From Octopus vulgaris (lineage: Eukaryota), in NCBI GenBank assembly GCA_951406725.2, contig OX597818.1, positions 87,110,001 to 87,174,000 of the forward strand: a stretch of DNA of 64,000 bases, in the 5' to 3' direction. Below are positions 1-14,559 of the stretch, piece after piece (positions within the stretch are counted from its first letter, which is position 1; every line of letters starts with the position of its first letter). The notes beneath the pieces are model-generated. The model saw only the letters and a list, made by a program, of their open reading frames with translations. It had not been told where the DNA came from and did no database searches. A program made the position numbers and the translations under genes.

Positions 1-441
1 GGGTATGTTTGTCTGTGAAGTGCTCAGCCACTTGCATGTTAATTTCACGAGCAGGCTGTTCGGTTGATTGGATCAACTGGAACCCTCACTGTCACAACCA
101 GTGAAATATTCTACTCACCTGAGTTAAATGTTGTTCAGGTCTCACCTGTACTTGGTCATGTTGACCTATTGTCAAAAGTTTTATCCATCCTGTTATTTAA
201 TATATTTAAGACTACATTAGTCAATTAGTCTTTCATTTTTCAAGGTAGTATGATTTGATCTGAGCAAAATTTGGCTGCTATTTCTTGCAAATCAAATCAC
301 TACATAGAGGTCTCCCATGGTAGTGCACCATGCCATGGATTCCTGTCCAGTGGAGATATTGTAGAATGGAGGCCTTAAAATTATTCTGATATTATCACAG
401 ATGGACGGACGCTGAAAGAAGCCTACCATTTGTATATATAA

Positions 442-482
<41 letters not shown>

Positions 483-485
<3 letters not shown>

Positions 486-650
486 CTACACTCACGGAGT
501 GGTTGGCGTTAGGAAGGGCATCCAGCTGTAGAAACATTGCCAGATAAGACTGGAGCCTGGTGCAGCCTTCTGGCTTCCCAGATCCCCGGTCGAACCGTCC
601 AACACATGCTAGCATGGAGAACGGACGTTAAACGATGATGATGATGATGA
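483..650 (+). mobile_element. SINE/LINE-3'-end family A (tail (GAT)n)
   Basis: gagtggttggcgttaggaagggcatccagctgtagaaac...catgctagcatggagaacggacgttaaacgatgatgatg; at least 10 copies in the window. Confidence 0.8.
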
Positions 651-1084
651 TATATATATATATATGCAGGGTGGGCCAAAAGTCACACACAAAATAAGTT
701 CCATATGCTCTAAAATTATCAAAGACATGTTCCAGTTTTTCTAAAATTGAATAAATTAAATAACGACGGACTCTCTTGTCAAAGCTTTTGCTGAGCAACC
801 TGCACAGATGTTTGTTTATAGTGATCAAATGCGCGTACTGCTCATTAGCTCTCACACTCCATCAAATCAACATTTTCTGAACCAGTAACCAGTGCATGGT
901 GTGCTATGTGTCGGGTGTCGAAATGATCAGAGAGCAATGTGAGGTGAAGTGTTTTGTTCAAGAACACAATGTACCACCTAGTCTGGGAATTGAAATTATG
1001 ATTGCTAGATCATCAGTGCAACTTCCTTACCACTAAGCTATGTGCCCTCATCATCATCATAATAATAATCATAATAATAATAAT

Positions 1085-1562
1085 TTATTTCTTTACTACC
1101 CACAAGGGGCTAAACAAGGACAGACAATGGGATTAAATCGATTACATTGACCCCAGTACGTAACTGGTACTTAATTTATCGACCCCGAAAGGATGAAAGG
1201 CAAATTCGACCTCGGCGGAATTTGAACTCGGAACGTAACGACAGACAAAATACGGCTACCCATTTTGCCCGGCGTGCTAACGTTTCTGCCAGCTTGCCAA
1301 CAATAATAATGATAATAATAGTAATAATAATAATAATGGTAATAATAATCCTTTCTACTAAAGGCAGAAGGCCTGAAATTTGTGGGGAGCAGGCAAGTCA
1401 ATCATATCGACCCCAGTACTTGACTGGTACTTCATTTATAGATCCGAAAGGATGAAAATCAAAGTCAATCTCAACAGAATTTGAACTCAGAATGTAAAGA
1501 TGGATGAAATGCCACTATGTATTTTGCCCGACATGCTAATGATTCTGCCAGCTTGCCGCCTT
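1085..1562 (-). mobile_element. Two tandem tRNA-derived SINE family B copies
   Basis: Reverse complements of the 61264-61492 and 4997-5210 types, separated by (AAT)n. Confidence 0.8.
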
Positions 1563-1810
1563 CGTAAATATATAGGTGTGTGTGTGTACATATATGTATG
1601 CATATAGGAGTGTGTGTATATATATGTATGCATATAGGTGTGTGTGTATATAGATATATGTATATAGGTGTGTGTGTATATATAGATGTATGTATATAGG
1701 TGTGTGTGTGTATATGTGTATGCATGTATATTGCTTTGTAGAAATGTGTGTGGGGGTGGTGTATATGTAGGGTGTTTGTATATATTGGTATATATGTGTG
1801 TGTGTGTGTT

Positions 1811-1858
<48 letters not shown>

Positions 1859-1914
1859 CACACATATATATACACTTACCTGTGTGTAGAGTGTTTACAT
1901 AACCTATATGCATG

Positions 1915-1957
<43 letters not shown>

Positions 1958-2765
1958 ATGTATTGTAACCTGTGTGGTAGCATCATATATATATATATAT
2001 AATGCACATGTGTGTATTTGCATACTGCTTTCTATGTGTGTGTATGTGCTTTATACTCTCCCTGTCAACCATCACCACCACCATCACCACACGTGTTAAA
2101 TCAATGTTTTTCTTCTATTTCCACTGTGTTACACAAACAATGTTCTCAGTGGAGCAAAGAGCTGGTGATAGTGTTGGTGGTTAATGTTGGCGGCAATGGT
2201 GGGATGGTGGTTTAGGAATCCCCTCCACCCTCAAGTGGGTGATGAGAATGTCATGCACAACATAGTCAAAGTTACCATCACACAGGTACAGCTGGGTAGC
2301 TTTGAAGTACCACACATGGTTTCAATAAAGTTTAGAAACTTTCCAGATTGTTTGGATTGAATTACCTAAACTAAACCCCCCCCCCCTACACACACACACA
2401 CACACACACATTCACAGCAGTAACCATAGGTAAGGACCCTGGTGTCTCTTGTGTGTAGGGGAGACTCCTTTACATGGCTAGAAATAGCAGCCAAATCTCC
2501 CTGATGTCATGCACTTTATATGGCCTTGGAAAAATGGTGAAAAGGCAAAGTCTTCTTTTTCTTGGTAGTTTCAGTAGTCTGGGAAAGATGATTTTACAAT
2601 TTCTGGTTGAAGAACCTGCACAAATGATTTAGTTATAATAATCACATAATTGTGCTGTTCATTAGCTCACCCTCTTCATCAAACTGACATTATCTGAACA
2701 TGTGCATGGTGAACCACACACATGTCAGATGTTGAAGTGATCATGGAGCAATGTGAGATAAAGTA

Positions 2766-3620
2766 CCATAAATCCTTGAGTATAATCCGCACTTTTCCCC
2801 CAAAATTTAAAGGTCAAAATACCTAGTGTGTACTATATACGAGGTTAAAAAGGAAAAAATCACCCATAACTTGTTGTAAGCATCATCATCATCATCATCA
2901 TCGTATAACGTCCGCTTTCCATGCTAGCATGGGTTGGACGATTTTGACTAAGGGCTGGCAAACCAGATGGCTGCACCAGGCTCCAGTCTTGATTTGGCAG
3001 AGTTTCTACAGCTGGATGCCCTTCCTAACGCCAACCACTCCGAGAGTGTAGTGGGTGCTTTTTACACATGCCACCAGCACAGGTGCCAGTTAGGCAATGT
3101 TGGTAACGATCACGCTCGAATGGTGCCCTTTTATGTGCCACCAGCACGGAAGCCAGTTGGCTGCTCTGGCAACGGTCACACTCGGATGGTGCCTGTGGCA
3201 CCCTACTAGCATGGGCATAAGTGCCAGTAAGGCAACACTGGTAACGATTACACTCGAATGGTGCCTTTTATGTTCCACTGGCACAAGAACCGGTTAGCTG
3301 TTCTGTCAACGATCACACTCGTATGGTGCTCTTTGCACATTTATTAAAATAAAAAGTATTCAGAACACAGAATAACATGTAACAAAAACAATTTGCAAAC
3401 ATATTTACATTCCCATATAACAGTTAAGAACATCACCATTATTGTATTACGCATGCACGGAAGTGTTTGTTCGACTAGGTGCTGCTGGCTTAATTACGCA
3501 TGACTCAATTTAGAGAAGGGGTGCGTATTATACACAAGGTTTAGGTTTTCCAGAAGTGCAGCCCCCTAAAAATCCCCTGCATATTATACTCAAGGGTGGA
3601 CTATACTCGAGGACTTACGG
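2766..3620. mobile_element. Tc1/mariner-pogo-type MITE carrying a nested SINE
   Basis: Imperfect TIRs ccataaatccttgagtataatccgcac / gggtggactatactcgaggacttacgg with a 5' TA. The host repeat resumes on both sides (compare the intact copy at ~4300-4440). Confidence 0.7.
2881..3340 (-). mobile_element. Family A copy with internal tandem modules
   Basis: Reverse complement of the 483-650 type, extended by repeated modules; nested in the MITE at 2766-3620. Confidence 0.8.
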
Positions 3621-3779
3621 CACCTCAATTGAGAACACAATGCACTTCTTGGTCTGGGAATCGAAACGTGATCTGACAATCATGACTGCTCTACTCTAAC
3701 CGCTTGGTAACACACCTTCACAAATTTATATCATCATAGACTCTCCTATCATAGACCACAGATGAGAGTTCTGCAATTT

Positions 3780-3935
3780 GTAGCTGTGTGGTAAGTAGCT
3801 TGCTTATGAACCACATGGTTCCGGGTTCAGTTCCACTGTGTGGCACCTTGGGCAAGTGTCTTCTACTATAGCTTTGGGCTGACCAAAGCCTTGTGAGTGG
3901 ATTTGGTAGATGGAGACTGAAAGAGGCCTGTCGTG

Positions 3936-3966
<31 letters not shown>

Positions 3967-4170
3967 GTTTGTGTGTCCGTGTTTGTCCTCCCAACATCGC
4001 TTGACAACCGATGCTGGTATGTTTACATCTCCGTAACTTAGCAGTTCGGCAAAAGAGACCGATAGAATAAGTACTAGGCTTACGAAAAATAAGTCCTGGG
4101 ATCGATTTGCTCAACTAAAGGTGGTGCACCAGCATGGCCACAGTCAAATGACTGAAACAAGTAAAAAGAG
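3780..4170 (+). mobile_element. tRNA-derived SINE family C (internal microsatellite)
   Basis: A-box-like gctgtgtggtaag and B-box-like gggttcagttcc, then ccttgggcaagtgtcttc, internal (TA)n/(TG)n, and tail ...gtcaaatgactgaaacaagtaaaa; >20 copies or fragments in the window. Confidence 0.88.
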
Positions 4171-4996
4171 TTGAGAGAGAAGAAGCTGCATAGATAATTT
4201 GTTAATAGTAATCGAATGTTTGTGCTGTAGATTACCTCTGTCCCTCCATCAAATCAACATCACCTGTACAGATGCTCAGGTGTGCCACACGTCTGATGTT
4301 GAAGTGACCATGGAGCAATGTGAGATGAGATGCCTTGATTGAAAACACAATGCACTGCCCGGTCCAGGAATCGAAACCGCGATCTGACAATCATGAATGC
4401 TGCACCTTTAGCACTTGGTAACATGCCTTCACAAACATATATCATGGATTCTCCTGTTGTAGATGACAGTTGAGACTCTTGCAATTTCTAGCTGGACAAC
4501 TTGTATAGATGATTTGTTAATTATAGTTTTAATTCTAACACAGTAAGATGTGATAAAAGGGAGATTTTGATTGCTATTTCTAGCTGAATGAAGGACTTCA
4601 GAGTTACTGCCCCTATTTGCCCTGTAGTGTACATGTGTGTGCATTCGTGTATGCTTGCTCTATTAACAGTGTGTGTTTAATTTGTGCTGTACATTATCTC
4701 ACTCTCTGCATCAAATAGACCTCACCTGTACAGGTGTATGGTGGGCCACATGTCAGATGAAGTGTATAGCTCAAGAAAACACTGCACTGACCTGTCCAGG
4801 AATGCAAAACAATGATCTCACAACCATGGGTGCAACGCCCTAACCACTAGGTGAGGGACTACATATTGGATTATGTCCCTGGGCAAAAGACATGCTGAGG
4901 ATATGATTTCTGGTGATGAACTCTATTAGGCTTGAAATCAGATCAAATCAGAGTGTTGCAGTTCACTTGAAGCATTGTAATATTGAAGATGGTAAA

Positions 4997-5210
4997 AGGC
5001 GGTGAGCTGGCAGAAACGTTAGCATGCCGGGCAAAATGCTTAGTGGTATTTCATCTGTCTTTACGTTCTGAGTTCAAATTCTGCTGAGGTCAACTTTGCC
5101 TCTCATCCTTTCAGGGTCAATAAATTAAGTACCAGTTGTATACTAGGGTCGATCTAATCAACTGGACCCCTCCCCCAAAAATTTTGGGCCTTGTGCCTAG
5201 AGTAGAAAAA
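4997..5210 (+). mobile_element. tRNA-derived SINE family B with TSD
   Basis: Head ggcggtgagctggcagaa, B-box-like gagttcaaattc, core tcatcctttc.gggtc.ataaattaagtaccag; flanking direct repeat atattgaagaWggtaa. Confidence 0.85.
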
Positions 5211-6164
5211 ATATTGAAGAAGGTAATAAGAGCGAAAATAGAATGCTTCTGACAATTCAGAAAGTTTAATAAAACCTTTATATTTCCAGCACAAAAGCCC
5301 CATTTATATTTATATTTCAGGCCTTTGTGCTTGGAATAAAAGGGTTTTATTAAACTTTCCACATTGTCAGGAACTTTCTCTTCCCCTACCTTTTACCAGA
5401 TCAAATCAATTTCATTCTCTCTTATTTTTTTTTTTCTGACTACGGAAGTGATAACAATGAGTATTTCTGTTTACCTGTCCAAAGGTTTTACAGCATTGGG
5501 TAAAACTATTTTATTACTCTTACCCCTTTTTGATACCACCCCATCTGAGATTGTCCCTGGTTGTATGATAGGATCTTCTTGTTTTTAAAAAGAGGGATCG
5601 AAATTAAAACCTCCCATCAAAATTTCATATTGGGTTACATTTGAAACTTACAAACCTTCACACACAGACCCATCCCTACAAAGATCCCTCACATGCAGAC
5701 TCCTCCCTACACATACAGATCATCACTACACACAGCTCCCCCACCCTACACAGGTCCCCACATGTACATGCAGGCCATCCAATATTCATATGCAACCCAC
5801 TACACACTCAGATCCTCCCCTATGCACAGACCCCCTACACACACACACAAGTGCATTTTACCCACACACACAGCCCTGTGCCACCCCATAAGCCGGGTCC
5901 TTGCTGTAGCTGGGTCGTCAGTTGCCCACATCATTCTAAACTAATGATACATTTTCTGGTTTCACTTGACTGAATTGTGTGTGTGTGTGTGTGTTTTACA
6001 TTAAGTAAAGTGATATGATGCGGAGATGAGATGGTGTGGTGTAGCAACCACTTGGCGAGGGTGTGTTGGTGTGGGATGGGAGTAGAGAGGAGGAGAGGAA
6101 GAACTCTCGTGACCATCACTTTGATCATGTAATGTTATTAATCTCACAATAGACATTATATCAC

Positions 6165-6198
<34 letters not shown>

Positions 6199-7337
6199 AT
6201 GTGTATGTAAGTCTGGGTTTCTATATGTTGTGTGTGTGTGTTTGTCTGTCTATTGTATGTGTGTGTGAATCCTTCGTGTGTGTGTGTATGTGTGTGAGTC
6301 TGTGTGTTTGTGTATGTGCGTGTCTGTTTTATGTATATGTGAATCTGTGTTTGTGTGTGCATCTTGTATGTATGTGAGAATTTACATGTGTATGTTGGTG
6401 TATATGTTGGTGTGTGTGGTTCTAATGTGTGTGTATATTGGTTTGTATGTTGTTTGTGTGTGTGACTTGTATGTATGTGAGAATCTACGTGCATATTATA
6501 TTTGTGTGTGTTGGTGTGTACATGTGAATCTGTGTGTGGTTCTGTGTTTATGTTGGTGTGTTTGTGTGTGTCTGTAAGTATGTGCGAATCTGTGCATCTT
6601 GTATTTGTGTAAGTCTGTGTGTGTGTTTGTGTATGTTTGTGTCTGTGTTTGAGTATACAAACCTGTATGTATGCATGCATCTGCAAGTGTTCTTGTTATT
6701 GTTGTTGCTGTGGTTGTTTGGCTATTGTTTCTAGCAACTCCCTCATTTGGCTTTTGTTTCTACAGCTCCCTCATTAATTTCTACTGTAACAGTTGTTTAG
6801 CCCAGATCAATTCTCAGTGAACACACCTATGAACAGAGTCGCTCCAGATGTGACCACCCCACCACCAGCACCACGCCCATCTTTTTTTTTCTTTTTTTCT
6901 ATATCAGTGACTACCTTATCCGATGCAACATTGTTTTAATTCTAACACAGTAAGATGTGATGTGAGGAGGGAGGCTTCGACTGCTATTTCTAGCAGACTG
7001 AGGGACCACATAGCTCCCCCTCCCCCCGCCTATTGGCTCTTTAGCATGTGTACATGCGTGTATGCATGCTCTGTTCCACATTACTGACCAGAGTAGGATT
7101 ACATTACATGGTTGCAACAGAGCATGTCAACAACCATCAACGGTGTGTTGGCAGGGTGGGGCTGAGGACGTACAGACAAAAACGGTGTGTGTTGTAGGGT
7201 TTACTCTTTAACATCGCCCCACCCCCTCTGCCGGCATCATCTTTCCCTGCTCCCCCCCATCCCTTCCGCTCGGCTGGTACAAAGCAACATTTGTTGTTTC
7301 ACTTCCCCCTATCAAAAAAAAAGAAAGTACACACATT

Positions 7338-7945
7338 GATGATGATGATGATGATCATCATCATCATCATCATCAACAGCATCTCTGTCATTGTCATCGT
7401 CATCATCGTTAACCACAGTGTCATTGTTAGTGTCATCAGTGGTTTCCTCATCATCACCACCACCACCATCATCATTGTTAACAAGTGCTATCATCCTCTT
7501 CCTCCTCCTCCTCCTCCTCCTCATCATCATCATCAAGAACACTATCGTTGCTAACAACGGCTTCATTCCTATTCATCTTTCTCAACATCAGTGCTGCCAT
7601 TGTCCCCATCATCTCATCATCATCATCATCAACTATCATCATCATCATCAGCAGTAGCAGCACTTACATCACCACTAACACTCTTGTCATCATTGTCAAT
7701 ATCCGTCAGTATCATCATCATCAGCAATACTATCATCACTGACAACAGTGTTATCACATTCATGGTTGTCAACATCATCTTCACTATTACTGTTATCATC
7801 AGCATCATCATCATCATCAACATTGTTATCACCATTATCATCATCATCTTTATCGTGTCTGACATCCAAATAAAGATCATCATTGCCATCGTTGTTCTCA
7901 TCATCATCACCATTATCATCATCTTCATCATGATTGACATCAAAA
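7338..7945. repeat. (CAT)n-rich low-complexity tract
   Basis: Degenerate trinucleotide repeat; source of the poly-I/H/S/M/D ORFs. Confidence 0.9.
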
Positions 7946-8247
7946 TAAAGTGCCGTGAACATCCATCCCTTTCCTTTTTCCAGCCCCCACCCCGTCCACC
8001 CCACATACACCCTAGATTGGATATTTACCATATCTAATTGATTGATGGCCACATGATAAGTGTGTGTGTATGTATGTTGAAATATATATATGATCAATGG
8101 TTTTTGTCATATATATATATGTGTGTGTGTGTCTATGCCTTAAAATGTATATAGTTAATGGTTCTCTTGGGAGACGTGTGTGCATGTGTGTGTGAAGATG
8201 TATATATATATCTGTGTTGTAAATGTGTGTGCATGTATATGTATGTA

Positions 8248-8293
<46 letters not shown>

Positions 8294-8464
8294 CACAGGA
8301 GTGGCTGTGTGAAGTAGCTTGCTTACCAACCATGATTCTGGGTTCAGTCCCACTGCGTGGAACCTTGGGCAAGTATCTTCTACTATAGCCTCGGGCCGAC
8401 CAAAACCTTGTGAGTGGATTTGGTTGACAGAAACTGAAAAAAGCCCATCTGTCTATATATATAT

Positions 8465-8680
8465 ATTTCTTTATTACCACAAGGGGCTAAACATATAGGG
8501 GACAAACAAGGACGGACAAAGGTACATCGACCCCAGTGCGTAACTGGTACTTAATTTATTGACCCCAAAAGGATGAAAGGCAAAGTCGACCTCGGCGAAA
8601 TTTGAACTCAGAACATAACTGCAGACAAAATACAGCTATGCATTTCACCTGGCGTGCTAACGTTTCTGCCAGCTCGCCTT
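8465..8680 (-). mobile_element. SINE family B
   Basis: Reverse complement of 61264-61492; inserted in the (TA)n of a family C SINE. Confidence 0.8.
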
Positions 8681-8977
8681 ATATATATATATATATATAT
8701 ATGGGGGATGGTGTGTGTGTGTGCGGATTAAGATATATATGTGTTTTGTGTATGTCTTAAGGTGTATATCATTATCTTGGTACACATGTGTAAATGTATA
8801 TGTGTATGTGTGTGCATCTTAAGTTTTATATGGTTCTCTTGGTATATGTGTGTGTGTGTTTTATGATATATATGTCTATGTTGTAAATGTCTATATGCAT
8901 ATGTATGTATGTATCTTAAGATGTATATGTTTCTCTTGGTATGTGTGTGTATATTTTAAGATATATGTCTGTTGTAA

Positions 8978-9019
<42 letters not shown>

Positions 9020-10751
9020 ATGTATGCATGTATATGTGTGTCTTAAGATATATATATGGCTGATGGTTCTCCTGGGAAACATGTGTGTGTGTGCTTGTGT
9101 GCAAAAATGTATATATGTGTATGTGTCTGTGCATGTGGTAAATGTATGTGTGTATATATATATATGGATCCAGGATATTCCCTCTCATAGAGAATGTGGT
9201 GGCAGTGGGATGGTAGTGGTGATTGTGATAGTGATGGTTAGTGGTGGTAGCAGTTGTATTGGTGATAATAATGATGATGATGATAGTGCTTGTGGTTGTT
9301 GCAGTGGTGATGAGGATTGTAGTTGTGGTAGGGGATGACAATGGTGGTGGTGGTGAAGGTTGTATTGGTGGTTAGGGCAGTGGTTGTAGTAGTGGTTACA
9401 ATGGCGTCGGAGAAGGTTGCAGATTCCCTACCTCTTCCTGCAAGATGCCATATTTTTGATCATCGTTGTCGTCATCATCATCATCATTATCTATCCAGCA
9501 TGCTAGAAACCTTCCTCCCTGCCACCGCCATCACTGACACACCACCAGCACCACCACCACCACCACCACCAGTTGTACCATTTTGGCATGTTGTATTTCT
9601 GTGGTATTATTTCAGTCACACCTTTCTCTCTTATTTTACTACAATCATATTATCTTTGACTCATCTTCATCTCCCCCACCACCCCTGCCATTAGACACAC
9701 ACACACACACATGCATATATACATTCACACACGTATACACTCTCACATGTACACACTTATACACACTATCTCATCTCGCATATTGGCACACATGCACACG
9801 TGAGCTTTTTCTTTCTCCACACACACACTGTCTCACATGCACACACTCACACATATACACAAATATACACACACAAAAAATTTCACATATTAGCATACAC
9901 ACACATACACACTCTCTCTCTCTTTCTCTCTCTCTAATGCAAACATACATACACACAATTTCAAAGTAAACACATGCACACACACACACAATCTCACAGC
10001 AAACGCATGCTTGTAAGCACACACACACTCACACATGCAATCTCACAGTAAACACACACACACACACACAAACACAGTCTCACACGCAAATACACATGCA
10101 CAGTCTAACAGAAAACACACATACACACACACAATCTCACAGTAAACATACACACACACACACACACTCTCACACGCAAACACACATGCACAGTCTAACA
10201 GAAAACACACACATACACACGTAGCTTCTCTCTTTTCCCACCCTACACATACATACGCAAACTCTTATTCTGTTTCTCTCTTCCTCTCTCTCTCTCTCTA
10301 TCTATCTCTCCCTCTCTCTCTCACAAATACAGACACACGTGGGAGCAGTCAATGCCGGCATGTGTGTGTGTGTGTGTGTGTGTGCTTGGTGTAGTATTCC
10401 TTTTTATCAGTGTTGGACTGAATCGGTGAGAAAGATTAGAAGCTAATCTAAGATCTCGTCTAATTCATCTAATTAGTTTTATTTATTGAAGTTTTCTCAA
10501 CACACATTGATAACACTTTTCATGCATCCAACATTGAATATTTACGTAGACAGGTGTGTCTGTGTGTGTGTGTGCACACGTGCGTATGTCTGTCTGTGTG
10601 TGTATTTGTGCAGTTAGTATGGTGAATGAATATGTAAGATACACATACATACAAGCACTTATACATATATATATATATATACATGCGTATATAAATGTAC
10701 TCACATTTATGCATATATGATTCACACACACACATGCGCGTGTGTGTATAT

Positions 10752-11159
10752 AGGCGTAGGAGTGACTGTGTGGTAAGTAGCTTGCTCACCAACCACATGG
10801 TTCTGGGTTCAGTCCCACTGCGTGGTACCTTGGGCAAATGTCTTCTATTATAGCCTTGGGCCGACCAAAGCCTTGTGAGTGGATTTGGTAGACGGAAACT
10901 AAAAGAAGCCCGTCGTATATATGTATATATATATATATATGTATGTATGTGTATATATTTGTGTGCCTGTGTTTGTCCCCCCAGCATCGCTTGACTACCG
11001 ATGCTGGTATGTTTAAGTCCCCATAACTTAGTGGTTTGACAAAAGAGACTGATAGAATAAGTACTAGGCTTACAAAGAATAAGTCCTGGAGTCGATTTGC
11101 TCGACGAAAGGTGGTGCTCCAGCATGGCCACAGTCAAATGACTGAAACAAGTAAAAGAG

Positions 11160-11160
<1 letters not shown>
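10752..11160 (+). mobile_element. SINE family C, full length
   Basis: Colinear with 3780-4170. Confidence 0.88.
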
Positions 11161-11228
<68 letters not shown>

Positions 11229-12428
11229 GTAAAGATATATGGTATAAGTGTGTATATGTATAGTGTATGAATACATACACACCCACACCAGTAGATATGT
11301 GTAGTACACGTGCACTATACATATCTACCTATGTGTGAGTCTTATAGATATAATGAATGAATATATATGTATGCATACACATGTATATATACATACACAC
11401 ACACACACACGTGGGTAGAGGTGTGTGTGTGTGTATAGCTATTCAAACTTCTGCCAACTTTGGGATTAATATTGAGACTGGAATAATGCGGATAACATGG
11501 ATAATGGTGGGTGGTGACAGCAGTGATGTAGATGTTTGTTTAGTCCCGGGTCTGGTCTTGGCTAGTAGACAGATACACAATCAGAGGCATTCCAGCCATG
11601 ACGATCCAGACAAAATTATCTAATCAGTATTTGCTTTTTAATGTAGGTAGGGTGGTATGATTTTGAGGGAGAGCGATATTTAGCTATTTATTTTTGTTAT
11701 TTTTTTTTATTCTATCCTTTCACCGGAAGGGAAGACAGTGCCTGGGATCCTTCATGGGTTCCCTGTGACTGAGAGGGAGGGCAGTACGTATCCTCAAATC
11801 AGAGACGTGTCCTGAATGCTTGCAAGAGAATGGACATAACTAAATGTACCACCCATGGTACCATGAAATTGTGTTAAACAGGTCATTTGGTTTAAGTCTA
11901 CTACCCAAGTCAGCTCCTGGTTGGAATTGAACTCAGAATGCTTCCACCAATCCACTGCTCTTGAATCAGTACTTTTTACCTATCTCCTTGAGCAGACCTA
12001 TGGCAAAATCCAATCCAGTCATGACCCGCCTGTCTTTTTAGGGGTTTCTTGGATTACATTATTTCAGTGTGTCCTTTTCTTTTATTGCCCCTTTTACTGC
12101 AGAAAACGAGTATATCTGCTCAAAATTCCATTACTTTAACTTTTACATAAAAAGCACACATTACAGTCATGGAGTAGTTGGCATTAGGAAGGGCATCCAG
12201 CTCTGTAAGTGGATTTGGTAGACCTGTGAGAAATTTAGCTGTTATTTCTAGCAGATCAAACAATATTGCGATTCTTCATTAGTTCATTGACACCATTGCA
12301 TTGCTGGTATGTTTGAGTTAAATTAATTATATGCAGGTGGGTGAGTATTCCACAGTCATTTGTTTCTTTTACATGATCAACATGACATGATGCCTACATC
12401 TAAGTAATATATTTATATAGCTCATGCT

Positions 12429-12907
12429 TTAACTCTTTAGCATTTAAACTGGCCATATCTGGCTCAGGTATGCCTCCTGTTTTAAGTTCAAACTGGCCAG
12501 GTCTAACCCTTTGCACCTACCCTACAGTGTCAACCTAAAAATAGACAATAGCATCATCAAAATCTCGAAGCTATGAGACAATACATGACTAGTTCAAAAC
12601 ATATGAATGAATTAATAAATTTTACATTTGGCAGAGTGAGTTGAACACTGAACGGTTAACCTTTTAGCATTCAGGTTACTTTATCAAATTTGATACTTAT
12701 TTATTCATTCATGTTGTGTTAAGTTAATCGTGGATTATCTCATAGCTTTGAGATTTTGATGATGCAATTAAATCATAATAATGATGATTGCTTACATTTA
12801 GAATTATATTGTAGAGTACGTGTGAGAGGCCAGATCTGGCTACTTTGAACATAAAACAGGTCGAATATTTGGATTGTTTATGGCCAGTTTCAATGCTAAA
12901 TGTTTAA
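12429..12907. mobile_element. Two TTAA-flanked (piggyBac-like) MITEs in inverted orientation sharing one TTAA
   Basis: ttaa at 12429, 12656 and 12904; termini of the ttaaccctttagcatt type. The bodies are diverged reverse complements (catcatcaaaatctcgaagctatgagac vs tctcatagctttgagattttgatgatg). Confidence 0.7.
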
Positions 12908-14414
12908 CCTCTGATTTCTGCCTCCCTCTCCTATGTAGCAAAAGGGATCTGTGTTATGGTGACCTCACTAGTGCTGGTGCCACATAAAATACTCACAGTG
13001 CACACTCGAAAGTGGTTGCTACTATGAAGGACGTCCAGTCAAAGAAATCGTGCCAAATCAGGCATTGGAGTACATTACTGTCCCCAGACCTGTCTGAACT
13101 CTCCGGCCTGTGCAAGCATGGAAGATGGATGTTAAAAGATTATGATCATCATCGTTATTTTAACATCCATTTTGCATGAGTCAGACAGAGTGCATTGTGA
13201 GGATTGGCTATGACCAGATGCCCTTTCTGTCATCAACCTTCACCTGTTGTCATGCAAAGTAATATCTCTCCCAATGGCCAGACATGCTTTGTAGGATATT
13301 AGAAATGAATAACACTGCATGTATGACAGTGGCACTCCTTTACAACTAGCACAGGCAGTGAAGATAAAGAGACTTAAACAAACACACACATGTATATTCA
13401 CAATGAGCTTCATTCAGTTTCTGTCTGCCAAATCCACTCACAAGATTTTGGTTGAGCTGGTGCTATGGTGTAAAACACTTTCCCAAGGTGCCATGCAGTA
13501 GGACTGAACCTGAAACCATGTGGTTGGGAAGCAAACTTTTTACCACACAGCCACACCTATGTCTACTCTGAAGATTAAATAATGTACCTCCCTGCTCCAG
13601 ATAAGGAAATAACCAAGTTTGCGTCTCCCTATCTCTGCTATCAAATGATAAATGAAAGGAAAATAAAAGAAACTCATATATCTAGTGAACGATACAACAA
13701 AAAGGATTATCATTTAACTTAAAGGGCTCTTGAGCCCTCCTCTATTTTGAAAGATGTAAGGGTTGACTTGCAGGACAGATTATTTCTGGAGGTCAAGGTC
13801 AAAGCATAACAGGCAGCCAGGCACACAGTTAAGATATGATATATAAATACACACACGTATAGCTATGTCAAAGTATTATTCACAATACTGTTACTATGCA
13901 TACACACATATATATGCACGCAATTACATATATGTAAATACACAGACACTGACATGATCATATTTTGAACACAGCATATATGTACATTAATATGTTGATG
14001 GGAATTTCCTCTGCTGAGACTTTGGCAAATGACAGAGAAATTGCAATAAAATGAAGGATTTCCTGTATTTTGATGAATCTTAAATAGTTAAAGAGAGGCA
14101 CTGATGCCAAATTTGGGTGGGACACATGCAGGAAATGGAAATCAAACATACATACACACATATATATATGTAAGCATACATACATACATGTGTGTGTGAA
14201 TACGTATATGTATGTGTGTATATATGCATAGATAGATAGATTACACACAGATGTAATCAAATCTAAGAAATATATAAAATGTCTTCATTGCCAGACTTTG
14301 CCTAATTTGTAATAAAAAAAAATGAAGACAGAGAAGAATATAAACACTCCACACAGAGAAAAGACACCTGAACACACACACAGACACACTCTCACACACA
14401 CAGACACACTCACA

Positions 14415-14462
<48 letters not shown>

Positions 14463-14559
14463 CAGAAAGAACAAGCATATATACACAAAAAGATGAAGGC
14501 CACACAAATATTTTCTTTGTTTCTTTCTTTTTTTTTATATCCAGAGAAGAAAGTACATC

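Noticed and set aside
3050-3340. Repeat-spacer pattern resembling CRISPR
   Set aside because: The spacers are related to each other and the block is part of a dispersed retroelement repeated at 35300 and 41443.
7291-8097. Poly-His/Ile/Ser/Asp/Met ORFs (also at 27292-27854 and 40029-40496)
   Set aside because: Translations of (CAT/CAC)n tracts, open on both strands, with no splice or domain support.
9335-9694. ORF containing MASEKVADSLPLPARCH as a possible first exon
   Set aside because: Embedded between (GGT)n and (CAC)n tracts, with no convincing donor and no recognisable domain.
10520-11315. Recurrent ORFs such as RASFSFRLPNPLTRLWS...HLPKVPRSGTEP seen many times, suggesting a gene family
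   Set aside because: They are antisense translations of SINE family C copies, not a protein family.
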